From positions 128,001 to 192,000 of the forward strand of contig OY970323.1 in the NCBI GenBank assembly GCA_963716985.1: a stretch of DNA of 64,000 bases, read 5' to 3'. The notes beneath the pieces are model-generated. The model did no database searches. It had not been told where the DNA came from and worked only from the letters and a program-made list of their open reading frames with translations. The position numbers and the translations under genes are program-made. This document shows positions 9,530 to 20,029 of this stretch, piece by piece (the first letter of the stretch is position 1; every line of letters begins with the position of its first letter). The DNA is from an uncultured bacterium (GTDB lineage Bacteria > Chlamydiota > Chlamydiia > Chlamydiales > SM23-39).

Positions 9530-10330
9530 ATGAAAAAATTGGCCCCCTATTTTGCGACAAGAGAAAAGGTTTTTTGGCTTTTCTTCAGCCTTTTCTTTCC
9601 CGCACTCGGCTTTTCTCTGTTCGTGGACAATCCTTCCTCTCCCTCGATCTTGGAAGAGGGGATCTTTTCGAAGGATGCGCCTGTAAATCTTCGCGTGGGA
9701 TATCATACTAGCATTGTGGGGGATGAAAGGCTGCGCGTTTATAAAAGCGAGGAGGAAAAATTTGTCTCTCTTCGCGCACCCGCACGCATGCAGGTTTTTT
9801 CCCTTATTTTAAACGTGAAAGAAAGAGCGGACCTTTCTCTTTTTTCGGGAAGCGATCTGGTCTTCCTTCGTCTGCAAATGAAAAACCACGTTTATGATTT
9901 AAAGAGCAGAGAATCCTTCTTTGTTGCCGGAGGGGGGAAGATCCTTTTGATTGAAAATAAAGAGTTTTCTTTTGGCGTAGATGGGAAATATCTATTTTTT
10001 CGCACCCATGTATCAACATTTTATAAAGATGCCGCTCCCCTGCCTTTTTTTGGGAGTCTCATGCAGCTGAAAGAGTGGCAGATCACGCCGCTTATCTCCT
10101 ATAAAACGGGTTTTCTCATCCCCTATTTCGGCATTCCTTGCAGGTTTGCCAAGATGCATGTCAAACATCTGCCTTTTGTGGAATCGGCTCTCTTGCAGCT
10201 CAAATCTCTTCACAAAGCCGGCATTTGTCTTGGCGTAACCATCTCCCCTTGCCTTGGAACATTCGTGAATCTTGAGGGCGAGTGGCTTTCGGAAAATTCC
10301 TTTAACCTTTCTTCCGAAGTGCGATTTTAA
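9530..10330 (+). CDS. MOMP-like outer membrane protein (divergent paralogue)
   Basis: DNPSSPSILEEG, EWQ...SYK..FLIPYFG and terminal VRF. Confidence 0.7.
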   Translation: MKKLAPYFATREKVFWLFFSLFFPALGFSLFVDNPSSPSILEEGIFSKDAPVNLRVGYHTSIVGDERLRVYKSEEEKFVSLRAPARMQVFSLILNVKERADLSLFSGSDLVFLRLQMKNHVYDLKSRESFFVAGGGKILLIENKEFSFGVDGKYLFFRTHVSTFYKDAAPLPFFGSLMQLKEWQITPLISYKTGFLIPYFGIPCRFAKMHVKHLPFVESALLQLKSLHKAGICLGVTISPCLGTFVNLEGEWLSENSFNLSSEVRF

Positions 10331-10525
10331 CGCAGTGCGGCTTTGAATCGAATTTGTGAAAATAGAAGAGGGAACCTCTTTGAAAGGAGTCTATTGATAG
10401 CAAAAAGACTTTTCTTCGGCAACATTCACAATAAGAACCACTTTTGATATTCGTTTTGCGAAAAAAGAGAAGCTCCGATAATCTTTACCCCTAGATATTA
10501 GGTTTTTCAGACAGGATTTTTTTTT

Positions 10526-11755
10526 ATGACTTGCGGTTTTAAATTGTGGACGGCGTTTTTCGTGTTGGGCTTTTTCCTTTTTTCAAGCAAATCTTATGCA
10601 GATGAAAAAGAAGATGCTCAGATGAAGGAGCTGAAAGAATGGATTCGTCAAAAACGCTTGGTAACGATCAAAGAACTTGGCGGAGAGCTCGCAATTAGCG
10701 GCGAGACAAGGGTGGAAGGACAGTGGATTTCGGAAAAAAGCAACGGCATCAAACAGCGCGGAAGCCATGCGGCCACAAAAAAACCTGAATATGGTTGGGA
10801 CATTGAGGTCAACTTGATGTTCGACTATCGAACGGAAAATACCTGGACCTCGGTCAAGTTGGAATTTGATAATGATATGGGAGTTTCTTCCGGAGTCGGA
10901 GATCATTTGAATTTGGAAAGAGCCTATTTGGGAGGAAGAATTGTCCAGCGCGATACCTTTACTTTTGACGCAGAACTGGGCCGGCGTCCCATGAATAACG
11001 TTTTCGATTCAGACATCGAATTCAATTCTAGACTCGACGGTGTTGTTTTCAGGTTCAACAAGGCCTTTGAGCCGATCGGCAACATGTATTTCAACATTGC
11101 CCCCTTTATTGTCGATGATCGCATAGATCATTATAGCGTTGTAGGAGAGCTGGGCCTTTTGCAAGTCGCCCATACGGGTTTTTACGTGAAATATTCGCTT
11201 GTCGACTGGAAGAAACATTATGCAAACGAAGTGCGCAACCTTTTTTATAACTATCTGAATTCCCAAGGAATGGTCGGTTATCAATACGTCATTGCTCCTT
11301 GGCACAAGCTGGTCGATTTTTATGCGGCCGTTCTTTGCAACCATCTGGCCAAGAAGATTCCTCTGACCCATAACAAACGGGATAATTGGGCGGGCTATTT
11401 CGGCGTGGACATCGGACAGATCAAGAAGAAGGGAGACTGGGCTATTCTTCTTACTTTCCAATATGTAGAGCCTCAGGCAATACCCGACTTTGACGTTTCC
11501 GGCATCAAGCGCGGCAATGCCGCAGGCGTTGGACTGTACACAACAGATGTAAAGGAAAGCGAAGGAGATCCGACAACCCGAGCCGATGCTGTCGGCAATT
11601 GCAACTATAAGGGATTTGTTTTGGATCTTCTCTATGGCGTCACGAATAATTTGACCCTGTACCAGAGCTTGGAAATGTCGCAAAATATCAAAAAGACGTT
11701 AGGGCCATTGGTCTATTATAAGAAATATGAGCTCGAATTGATCTACACCTTCTAG
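10526..11755 (+). CDS. Outer membrane beta-barrel protein (chlamydial 76-kDa homologue/porin-like)
   Basis: Signal peptide, alternating beta-strand pattern and terminal YTF (BAM-type signal). Confidence 0.65.
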   Translation: MTCGFKLWTAFFVLGFFLFSSKSYADEKEDAQMKELKEWIRQKRLVTIKELGGELAISGETRVEGQWISEKSNGIKQRGSHAATKKPEYGWDIEVNLMFDYRTENTWTSVKLEFDNDMGVSSGVGDHLNLERAYLGGRIVQRDTFTFDAELGRRPMNNVFDSDIEFNSRLDGVVFRFNKAFEPIGNMYFNIAPFIVDDRIDHYSVVGELGLLQVAHTGFYVKYSLVDWKKHYANEVRNLFYNYLNSQGMVGYQYVIAPWHKLVDFYAAVLCNHLAKKIPLTHNKRDNWAGYFGVDIGQIKKKGDWAILLTFQYVEPQAIPDFDVSGIKRGNAAGVGLYTTDVKESEGDPTTRADAVGNCNYKGFVLDLLYGVTNNLTLYQSLEMSQNIKKTLGPLVYYKKYELELIYTF

Positions 11756-13401
11756 GCAATAAAGAAAGAGACTTTTTTTCGGGGAAGATAGCGGTGGAAA
11801 TGCCATTCTTCCCTTTGGTACCGGATGATTTTCCAATCGGAAAAGGGTCCGTGCTCTTTCGTCTCCCAAATTTTCTTAAACGGCTGCAAGAAAGAGCCTT
11901 TTTCCATGAAGAGGATGACAAAATCCCCATCTTTTTTGACCGCCTTTGCTTTCTCAAAAAGAGAGTCCATCGATCGGCAAATGAAAAGCGTGTTGAACAA
12001 TCCGTTCAAAAAAGGAAAACGGAGAGAGCTTTTTTTATAGACGATGATCTTCGCGTTCGGCAGAAAAGAAAAGAGCAGAAGGGGGATGATCCAAGAACAT
12101 TTTGATAGAAGCAGAAGAGTATCGAAAGAGGGCGCTTTTTTCACTTGAGGGAGGAAGAAGGTCTTCAGAATTTTTTGAGCGAAGAAGGAAAAGAAAAGAT
12201 GGGACATGCGTCCCGTGAGGGTAAGGTTGAAAAGGAATGCGATCAAGGAGATCCATCCAAAGCCGCTGGCTGCCGTAAAATGAAATACCTCGCTGAAAAA
12301 GTAGAGGGCAAAGGAGGCCAGAAGAACGCCGCAAAAACTCAAGAAGTTAGAGGAAGCGATGATCTGCCCGCGCTCGCTATCCTGGCTGTTGATTTGTAAG
12401 TAGGAGTCAAAAGGAATCAAATAGAGGCCTCCGGAAATTCCTAAAAGAATCAAAAGAGCAACCACGGGGAAGAAAAAATGGGAAAAAATAAATAATAGCA
12501 AAAGAAAAAGAGACATGAAGAAGCCGGCTAAACAGGAAAGGGCAAGCGGCGCATCTCCCTTGGCCCATTTGCCCGCAAGGAAAGAGCCGAAAGCAATTCC
12601 AATGGCGGTTGCGAGAAAAAGATAGCCTCCGTTTACCTCGCTCAAATGGAGCGATTGGATCGCAAAGGGGATGATGTTGAGCTGCACAAATCCGCCTATA
12701 AATAGGAAGAATGCGGAGCCGCATATGGCAGAAAGAAGATTCGGGGTTTGCGAGCTGATTTTTAAGGTTTTATAGATCTCGTAGAAAAAAAAAGGATTGA
12801 TGCGCCTGGAAGAGCCTTGCGGAGCTGTTCGTTGAATCTGGAAACAGCTAAGGAGGCCAAGAATGGAAAAAAAGCAGCAGGAAAAAGAGACCACATAGAA
12901 ATTTTTATGGGAAATGTCGGTAAGAAAGGAGGCCAAGAAAGTTCCAAAAATGATGGCTAGAAAGGTGAGAGAGGTCAAGGTTCCGTTGGCTTTCGAGACG
13001 TTTTTCGATTCGACGATTTCGGGAATGATCCCATATTTTGAAGGTCCAAAAATGGCACTATGCGTTGCCAGAAGAAAAAGAAGAAAATAGAGCCATGTGG
13101 TTGTTTGCAGATAGATGGCAAGAATGCTCAGGAGCATGATGAGCAGCTCGAAGCTTTTCATGGAGACGATGATGGTCCTTTTGCTCAAGCGGTCGGCCAA
13201 AATACCTGCCGCTGAAGAGAATAGAAGAAAAGGAATGACAAAGAGCGCTCCCGCTAAGGAGAGAATGGCAGGGGCCATCTCGACTCCCTCCTTGTCGATC
13301 AAAAAATAGACGACGAGAAGTTTAAAGATATTATCGTTAAGGGCTCCTAAAAATTGGGAGATATTTAAAAAAAGAAAAGAATTTTTAGGGTAAATCCGCA
13401 T
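11752..13401 (-). CDS. LplT/Aas-like MFS transporter with C-terminal extension
   Basis: QFLGALNDNIFK, AGILADRLSK and SAIFGPSKYGIIPE. Divergent from recC, as in chlamydial genomes. Confidence 0.85.
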   Translation of the reverse strand: MRIYPKNSFLFLNISQFLGALNDNIFKLLVVYFLIDKEGVEMAPAILSLAGALFVIPFLLFSSAAGILADRLSKRTIIVSMKSFELLIMLLSILAIYLQTTTWLYFLLFLLATHSAIFGPSKYGIIPEIVESKNVSKANGTLTSLTFLAIIFGTFLASFLTDISHKNFYVVSFSCCFFSILGLLSCFQIQRTAPQGSSRRINPFFFYEIYKTLKISSQTPNLLSAICGSAFFLFIGGFVQLNIIPFAIQSLHLSEVNGGYLFLATAIGIAFGSFLAGKWAKGDAPLALSCLAGFFMSLFLLLLFIFSHFFFPVVALLILLGISGGLYLIPFDSYLQINSQDSERGQIIASSNFLSFCGVLLASFALYFFSEVFHFTAASGFGWISLIAFLFNLTLTGRMSHLFFSFFAQKILKTFFLPQVKKAPSFDTLLLLSKCSWIIPLLLFSFLPNAKIIVYKKSSLRFPFLNGLFNTLFICRSMDSLFEKAKAVKKDGDFVILFMEKGSFLQPFKKIWETKEHGPFSDWKIIRYQREEWHFHRYLPRKKVSFFIA

Positions 13402-13518
13402 GCAACGACCTTAAAAAGAAGGGCTATGATGAAAGTGCCACCCTTCGCTATGATCAACTATATCATGTCTGTTTAGACAAAAAAAGAAACGCAAGAATTT
13501 TAAAAATTTGACTTTTTG

Positions 13519-16500
13519 ATGAAACGAGAGACGGTTTTTTTTAGCAACTACCTGGAAGCGCTCTTTGAAAAATTCAAGGAACATCTTTTTACCCACCTTT
13601 CTTTGTCCTCTCTTATTTATGTATTGGTTCCGGGCGATAAGGTCAAGCAATGGTTGATGAAACGGCTGGTCAAAGATGAAGGAATACTTGGAGCCGTCTC
13701 ATTTTATACCCTCTCCGACCTCATCCCCCTCCTCAAGAAGGAATCCTTTCCGGATCTTTTCGAGCTCGAGCTTTTGGTGCAAGAGCAGATTTTTTTGCAA
13801 ATATCGCAAAGGAAAAAGGAAGAGACTTTAGACGCTCTTTATAGCTTCTTGAGCGAGGGCGGAAAAACTTCTTCAAAAAGAGTTCTCGAGGTAAGCCGCC
13901 TCCTCTCCGAGCTTTTTTCTCTTTATGGGATTTACGGAAAAGAGATGCTTGCCTTTCTTGAAAAATCCCCGGGGTGGCAAGCGGCTCTTTGGCGCTCCAT
14001 TTTTATTGAGAAAAAATGGAAAACGCCCATGCGCGATCTTTTTTCTATGGAAGACAGATCTTTTGAGAAACGGGTAGAGATCCATCTCTTTGCCCCTTCC
14101 CACCTGCCCGCGCTTTATCGCGAAGAGCTCCACCGTCTATCATTTCACAGCGCCGTCTATTTCTATCTGCTCTCTCCAACGTTTTGTTTTTGGGAAGATC
14201 TTGTGTCTGACCGCGAGAGAAGATCCCTTCTTCAATTTTGGAAAAGAAAAGAGGTGTCAGCGGAAAAGAGGGAAGAGATGGACGTTTATTTACAGGATCG
14301 AAACGCTCTTCTTGCCAACTTGGGCAAAATAGGAAGAGAAACGTTGAAAATTTTGGACAGAGAAGAGCTGCAGATAGAAGAGTATTATGCCCCTTTCAAC
14401 AGAGATTCTCTTTTGCACTCGCTGCAAGAAGATCTACTCTCCCTGACCAATCCCCAAAGCGAAGAGAAAGAAGTTTTTTCTTCAGCTGATCGATCGCTGC
14501 AAATCCATGAAGCGCCTTCCCTTTTGCAGGAAGTGGATTGCCTCTATCAGTTTCTTTTAAAGGAGATAGGGGAAAAAAAACTTTCCTTCTCCGACATCAC
14601 GGTCGCATCTCCGGATATTTCTCTTTACGAGCCCTTCATTCATCGGGTTTTTGGGGAGGGACAAATCCCCTATCGAATCTTTGATTTGCCTCTTTGTGAA
14701 AAGAGCTCTTTTGCCAAAGGCCTTCGCGATTTTTTTCATCTGATGCATTCTCGATGGACAAAAGAAGATCTTTTTGCCCTGCTCGAAAACCCCTCGATTC
14801 AAAACAAGCATCCTCTTGATATAGAAGAGCTGAAGGGCTTGTTTTTGCGGGCACATATCAGCTGGGGCATCGATAGCGAGCATCGAACCGGTTTTTTGGA
14901 AACGAAAAATAGCGTGAGCGGGCAGGGAACGTGGCAAGGCGCAATCGAGAGCTTATTAGACGGGTTTGTTTTGTGCCAAGAAAAGAGAGATCCTCTGTCT
15001 CCTTCTTTCTTTTTTGAAAAAAGCGAGGCGCCTCTACTGGATCGTTTTCTTTTGCTGTTCGAACGGTTAAAAGAAGACATTGCTTTTTTAGAAAAAGCTC
15101 CTCTTCTATCCCTTGCGGAGGCAGCTGATTTTTTTGAGAGGATCGCATGTTATTATTTTGCAATCGACTCGGGAAAGGCGGAGGAGCAAAAAGCATTTTC
15201 ATTCTTCCAAGAAACGTTAAAAAAGATACGTTGTAGTGCAAAAAAATTGGAAGAAAAGAAGTTTTTGACCGACGGGCTTATTGCGCATTTACTGCAGAGA
15301 ATGCGAGGGACATTTGCCACTCCCTCCTCTTTATTGGAGACGGTTCATTTTCAGTCTATGAAGGAAGGGGCCTTTGTCCCTTCTAAGATCGTTTGTCTGA
15401 TGGGGTTGAATGAGGAGTTCCCAAGAAATGAGACAGTCTCTTCCTTGAACCTGCTTTTGAAAGAGAAGAAAAGAGAGTATGTCCCCTCTCAAAATGAGAA
15501 GGACCGCGCTCTTTTTTTAGAGGCCCTTCTCTCGGCAAGAAACATTCTTTACATCAGCACTGGCCAATCGAATCTGCAACATAGCCGACGCTCTCTCATC
15601 ATCGAAGAGCTGCTTGCCTATCTAGAGAGCAGATTTTTCTTTGAAAAGGATGTGCGCACACATATTGTGCGCGTGCATCCGCTTTTTTCTTTTGATCGAA
15701 TCTACTTTGAAAAAAACCCGGCCTTTGAAAATTTTTCGTCTCTTTCCTACCAGGCGGCTAAAAGCTATTATCGAGAAAAAAGGAAAGAAAAAAACATTTG
15801 GGAAGAGGAGATATGCTCTCCTCTAGAGGACGTCATCGAGAGCAAATCTTTAGAAAGGCTAGCCTCCCATCCGGTCAAATTTTTTTTCCAAAAGAGCTTG
15901 CAAATATTTTTGCATGAAGAGGAGAAAGAACATTTTTCCCTTTCTTCTCTGGACCGCCATCTTTTGCGCTCCTCGTTGTTGCAGCAAGAGAGAAGAGAGA
16001 TTCTTGCTGCCATCGAAAAAAACGGATCTTTTCCAGGAGGGTCCTTTCTTGAGATGATCAAGGAAGAGGCGGAAAAAGAGCTTCTTTCCTATGAAGAAAA
16101 TCTTCTCGCGCTTGGCGTGGATAAAAAAAAGATTTTTTCCGTCGACATGATCGAGGGATGCGAGGAGCCGGTCCAAAAAGAGAGCGGGGATTGGATTGCG
16201 CCTCCCTTAGAGCTGATGCGAAAGGGAAAAAAGGTTACAATCGTCGGACGGATCGATAGATTGTCCGAGAAGGGAATTTTGCACCATGGACATGGGAGCT
16301 TATGGGACTGGATTCGCATTTGGCCCCGCCTTTTGCTCTACCGGCATTTTCCCTTTCTGGAAAAAGGACACGTTCTCTTCACCAAGAGCGCGAAGATAAA
16401 AGAGATTGTTCTTGGCGATCTTGCGCCGCTTTTTGCTGCCTATTTAGATTATTATGAAAAAGCCAAGCAATCGCCCTCTCCTTTGTTAAGAGACTGGGCG

Positions 16501-16728
16501 GAGGGCTTTTTTTTGGGAGAAAAAGAGCTGGAAGAGGAAATTGTGCGCACAACCTTTATGAAAAGAGGCGATGATCCCTATCTGGAACGTCTTTTTTTCC
16601 TTTCCGAAAAACCCTCCGCTTCATTTTTGCAAGAGCGTTGGAAAAAGACTCTGATGAGCGCCCTTCAGCCCATCCTTTCCCCTTTCTTAGAAAAAAAGGA
16701 AAAGAAGGAGGAAGATGTCTGCCTTTAA
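13519..16728 (+). CDS. recC: Exodeoxyribonuclease V gamma subunit
   Basis: SPTFCFWED, NALLANLGK.GRE, LQEDLL, CLMGLNEEFPR and FLEALLSAR. Confidence 0.92.
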   Translation: MKRETVFFSNYLEALFEKFKEHLFTHLSLSSLIYVLVPGDKVKQWLMKRLVKDEGILGAVSFYTLSDLIPLLKKESFPDLFELELLVQEQIFLQISQRKKEETLDALYSFLSEGGKTSSKRVLEVSRLLSELFSLYGIYGKEMLAFLEKSPGWQAALWRSIFIEKKWKTPMRDLFSMEDRSFEKRVEIHLFAPSHLPALYREELHRLSFHSAVYFYLLSPTFCFWEDLVSDRERRSLLQFWKRKEVSAEKREEMDVYLQDRNALLANLGKIGRETLKILDREELQIEEYYAPFNRDSLLHSLQEDLLSLTNPQSEEKEVFSSADRSLQIHEAPSLLQEVDCLYQFLLKEIGEKKLSFSDITVASPDISLYEPFIHRVFGEGQIPYRIFDLPLCEKSSFAKGLRDFFHLMHSRWTKEDLFALLENPSIQNKHPLDIEELKGLFLRAHISWGIDSEHRTGFLETKNSVSGQGTWQGAIESLLDGFVLCQEKRDPLSPSFFFEKSEAPLLDRFLLLFERLKEDIAFLEKAPLLSLAEAADFFERIACYYFAIDSGKAEEQKAFSFFQETLKKIRCSAKKLEEKKFLTDGLIAHLLQRMRGTFATPSSLLETVHFQSMKEGAFVPSKIVCLMGLNEEFPRNETVSSLNLLLKEKKREYVPSQNEKDRALFLEALLSARNILYISTGQSNLQHSRRSLIIEELLAYLESRFFFEKDVRTHIVRVHPLFSFDRIYFEKNPAFENFSSLSYQAAKSYYREKRKEKNIWEEEICSPLEDVIESKSLERLASHPVKFFFQKSLQIFLHEEEKEHFSLSSLDRHLLRSSLLQQERREILAAIEKNGSFPGGSFLEMIKEEAEKELLSYEENLLALGVDKKKIFSVDMIEGCEEPVQKESGDWIAPPLELMRKGKKVTIVGRIDRLSEKGILHHGHGSLWDWIRIWPRLLLYRHFPFLEKGHVLFTKSAKIKEIVLGDLAPLFAAYLDYYEKAKQSPSPLLRDWAEGFFLGEKELEEEIVRTTFMKRGDDPYLERLFFLSEKPSASFLQERWKKTLMSALQPILSPFLEKKEKKEEDVCL

Positions 16729-19700
16729 TTGTTTGAGTAAGGAAGCGCCTCTCTTTGGAAGCTATCTTTTAGAAGCTTCGGCAGGAACGGGCAAGACCTT
16801 TGCCATCGAACAAATTGCAGTAAGGCTCCTGATAGAAAAAGAGGGACACCTCTTGCTCGAAGAGATCTTGATTGTGACCTTCACGCGCAGGGCAGCGGCT
16901 GATTTGAAAAAAAGAATTCTATCCAACATAGAAAAAACCATCCGCTCTCTGAGCGCCCCTCAAATCTCTTTCGACGATCTGCCCGAATATCTTTCCGATC
17001 TACTTTCCCGAAAGAAAAAAGAAGAAATTTTGCGCTCCTTGCAAGAAGCCTTGCTCTTTTTCGATCGATCGCAAATTTTCACGATTCACGGATTTTGCTC
17101 GCGCATGCTGCAGGAGTTTGCTTTTGAGGCAAGGGAGGCGAGTGTTTTTTCTTGTCCCGAGGGAGAGGATGAAGAGGAGCTGAGGAGGGAGTCTTTTTTC
17201 GATCTTCTTTATTATGAAGATGTTCAGGCAAGGATGACCTCCTCTCAGTTGGGGCTTTTGCTCAAGAAATTCCAAGAGCCGAAAAGACTCTTCCGCACAC
17301 TGCAAAACGCGAAGATACAAGAGGGGCTTTCTGCCAAAGAGCTTTTGGAGAAAATGCAAGAAACGCTTTCCCTATCTCCTCTTTCGGCAAAGGAGCTTTT
17401 GGACTCTTTTGAAACGCTTTTTCCCCACTTTAAGATCTCTTCTTTCAAAAAAGAAGATCTATTCCAAGAGGCGCAGATTTACGCAAGGCTCGTAGAAAAA
17501 AAACAAGCAACTTTTGCCGATTTGGATGAGCTGTTGAAGACGAGGATTACCCTTTCTTCCTTTCTCGCATCCGAAAACAAGAAAGTCAAAGGGCCCTCTT
17601 TTGAAGAACTTGTTTCTCTCCATTCCGCTCTCTTTGTTTTTCAAGAGAAGCTCTCTTTGTTTTTGAAAAAGGCCACATCCTCCTCCCACCTGCTGTCCCA
17701 GCTGGCGCAGATGGTCGATGAAAAAATGGAAAAAAAACTCGAACAAAGCGATCGGTTTACTTTTGACCGGATCTTGAAAAAAATGAAAAAGGCCCTGGAC
17801 TATCAAGAGTTTGCGGCAGCCGTTCGCGGCAAATATCGTGCGGTGATGATCGATGAATTTCAAGATACGGATCCCCTTCAGTGGGAGATTTTTCGCCGCC
17901 TTTTTCTCGAAGAGCACACACTTGGCGAGCGTTCGGTCGGCTCTTTTTTCCTCGTAGGAGATCCCAAACAATCCATCTACCGTTTTCGAAAAGCAGATCT
18001 ATATACCTATTATGAAGCTGCTGCATTTTTGGGAAAGGAGGCCCACTTTTTTTTAGATACAAACTACCGATCCACCCCCCAGTTGGTCGCATCGATCAAT
18101 GCTCTTTTTTCGCATCAGATTTCCTCTTCCTGGCTCTTTTTGCCCGAGCTCAAAAAAGATCTTCCCTATCATTCGGTAAAATCGGGTCTGATAGAAAAAG
18201 AAGGATGGCCCGACGGAAAAAGGGCGATTCATTTTTTTATTGCTCAATGCCAAGAAACACTGTCTGCAGAACCGCTCTTTTTCTCCTATCTGTCTCGAGA
18301 GATCTACGATCTTCATACCCGCTATCGGGTGGACTTAAAAAAAATGGCCATCCTGGTGAAGGATCGCTATCAACAAGAAAGGCTCAAAGGGCATTTGCTA
18401 GAAAAAGGGATTGCTTTTGTCTCGAAAAATCAACAATCCATCGCGGAATCCGACGCAGCCTGGGCTCTTCTGGAATTTTTTCAGGCCCTTTTCTCCGTTG
18501 AAGACCACTCCTCTATTCGCAGAGCTCTCATTGGCCCTTTGATGAACTGGTCTTTTCAGGAAATGCTCTTAGATTTTGAAGAAAGTCTGGGTTATATTCT
18601 CTCTAAGCTCGCATCTCTTAGAGATCTTTTGGAAAAAGAGGGCGTTTCGCATTTTTTCCGCGCACTTCTTTCTTCCGTTTGGAGGAAAGATCAGCCCGCT
18701 CTTTTAGAAACACTGGTCTCTAGAAAGGATCTTTCCTTTTATACGGATATGGAAATGGTTTTTGATCTTTTGCAGAATCATGAAAGGCAAAGTGGATCGT
18801 CGGAAAGCTCCATTCTCTCTTTTTTTGAAGAGTTGAGAAAAGATTTTCCGCCCGAAGAGGAAAGAAACGCCCCCCCAGAGGGCGTTCAAATCATGACCCT
18901 TCATGCAGCCAAAGGGTTGGAATTCGACGTTGTGTTTGCTCTTGGCCTTGCCTCTTCTTCTCCTTTTTTTGAAGAGGAAGAGAGCGCTCTTGAAGAGGAT
19001 GCGGAAAAGATGCGGCAGTTTTACGTGGCGCTGACGCGAGCGAAGATAAGAAGCTATGTTCCGTTTATTTGGGAAGAAGATGGGCAAATAAAGAGGGGCA
19101 AAGCATCTGCCTCCGATCTTTTCTGTTCTCATGTGTTGACGGATTCCGGCCGCGAGGGCAAAATTTCTTTTTCCGCTTTTTTACAAAAGATGCAGCCTTT
19201 GAAGGAAGAGGGACAGCTGAGTTATGAAATAGTTGAGAAGATCCTTCACACGGATCCCCCCAAAGTCGAAGAGGCGGAGCTTTTCCCTCCGCCGCATATT
19301 TTCTTACAAAAATCTTCTTTGCGCGCCTATTCTTTTTCCAGCCTATCTCCGTTTGAAATCGAAAGGAAAGAGGATCTTTTTTTCGATGAAAACTATCTGT
19401 TCTCTCCCCACGTGTTTCCGCAAGGAAGAGAGATGGGCGTATGGATGCATCGTATTTTTGAAAAGGTTTTTTCTTCAGAAAGAGGAAAATCAATCGGTGC
19501 AATCATCGATGACGAGCTGCTCGGAGATCCTCTTGGCAAATATAGCAAGAAGGCGAAGGAGATGGTGGAATGCGCGCTTGGAACGCCTCTGGAAATACAG
19601 GGATCTTCTTTTTCCTTGCAGGAGGTGGAGAGAAAAAATCTTTTTGCAGAAATGGAATTTCTCTTCACGTTAGATCCTTCTTTAGACCTCATGAAAGGAT

Positions 19701-20029
19701 CGATCGATCTTCTTTTTTTCCACAGGGGAAAATATTATTTTGTGGACTGGAAGACCCATTGGCTAGGAGATAGTTTGGAGTTTTATCAAACCTCCCACTT
19801 ACAAAAAGCGATGGAGGAGCACCATTATTTTCTTCAGGCGGCCATCTACAAGCAAGCAGCGATGCGTCTTGTGGAAAAGATGAAATCTCCCGTTTCTTTT
19901 GGAGGCGCTTTTTATATTTTTTTGCGAGGACTTACCCCGGAAAAGAAAAAAAACCAGGGGGTTTTTGCTTTTTTTCCCGAACATTTGAACAGGGACTCTT
20001 CTTTATGCCTACAGCCGCTTCTTGTTTAG
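16715..20029 (+). CDS. recB: Exodeoxyribonuclease V beta subunit
   Basis: EASAGTGKT, TIHGFC, IDEFQDTD, VGDPKQSIYRFR, KGLEF, YVALTRAK and nuclease motif GSIDL...VDWKT. Confidence 0.96.
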   Translation: MSAFNCLSKEAPLFGSYLLEASAGTGKTFAIEQIAVRLLIEKEGHLLLEEILIVTFTRRAAADLKKRILSNIEKTIRSLSAPQISFDDLPEYLSDLLSRKKKEEILRSLQEALLFFDRSQIFTIHGFCSRMLQEFAFEAREASVFSCPEGEDEEELRRESFFDLLYYEDVQARMTSSQLGLLLKKFQEPKRLFRTLQNAKIQEGLSAKELLEKMQETLSLSPLSAKELLDSFETLFPHFKISSFKKEDLFQEAQIYARLVEKKQATFADLDELLKTRITLSSFLASENKKVKGPSFEELVSLHSALFVFQEKLSLFLKKATSSSHLLSQLAQMVDEKMEKKLEQSDRFTFDRILKKMKKALDYQEFAAAVRGKYRAVMIDEFQDTDPLQWEIFRRLFLEEHTLGERSVGSFFLVGDPKQSIYRFRKADLYTYYEAAAFLGKEAHFFLDTNYRSTPQLVASINALFSHQISSSWLFLPELKKDLPYHSVKSGLIEKEGWPDGKRAIHFFIAQCQETLSAEPLFFSYLSREIYDLHTRYRVDLKKMAILVKDRYQQERLKGHLLEKGIAFVSKNQQSIAESDAAWALLEFFQALFSVEDHSSIRRALIGPLMNWSFQEMLLDFEESLGYILSKLASLRDLLEKEGVSHFFRALLSSVWRKDQPALLETLVSRKDLSFYTDMEMVFDLLQNHERQSGSSESSILSFFEELRKDFPPEEERNAPPEGVQIMTLHAAKGLEFDVVFALGLASSSPFFEEEESALEEDAEKMRQFYVALTRAKIRSYVPFIWEEDGQIKRGKASASDLFCSHVLTDSGREGKISFSAFLQKMQPLKEEGQLSYEIVEKILHTDPPKVEEAELFPPPHIFLQKSSLRAYSFSSLSPFEIERKEDLFFDENYLFSPHVFPQGREMGVWMHRIFEKVFSSERGKSIGAIIDDELLGDPLGKYSKKAKEMVECALGTPLEIQGSSFSLQEVERKNLFAEMEFLFTLDPSLDLMKGSIDLLFFHRGKYYFVDWKTHWLGDSLEFYQTSHLQKAMEEHHYFLQAAIYKQAAMRLVEKMKSPVSFGGAFYIFLRGLTPEKKKNQGVFAFFPEHLNRDSSLCLQPLLV

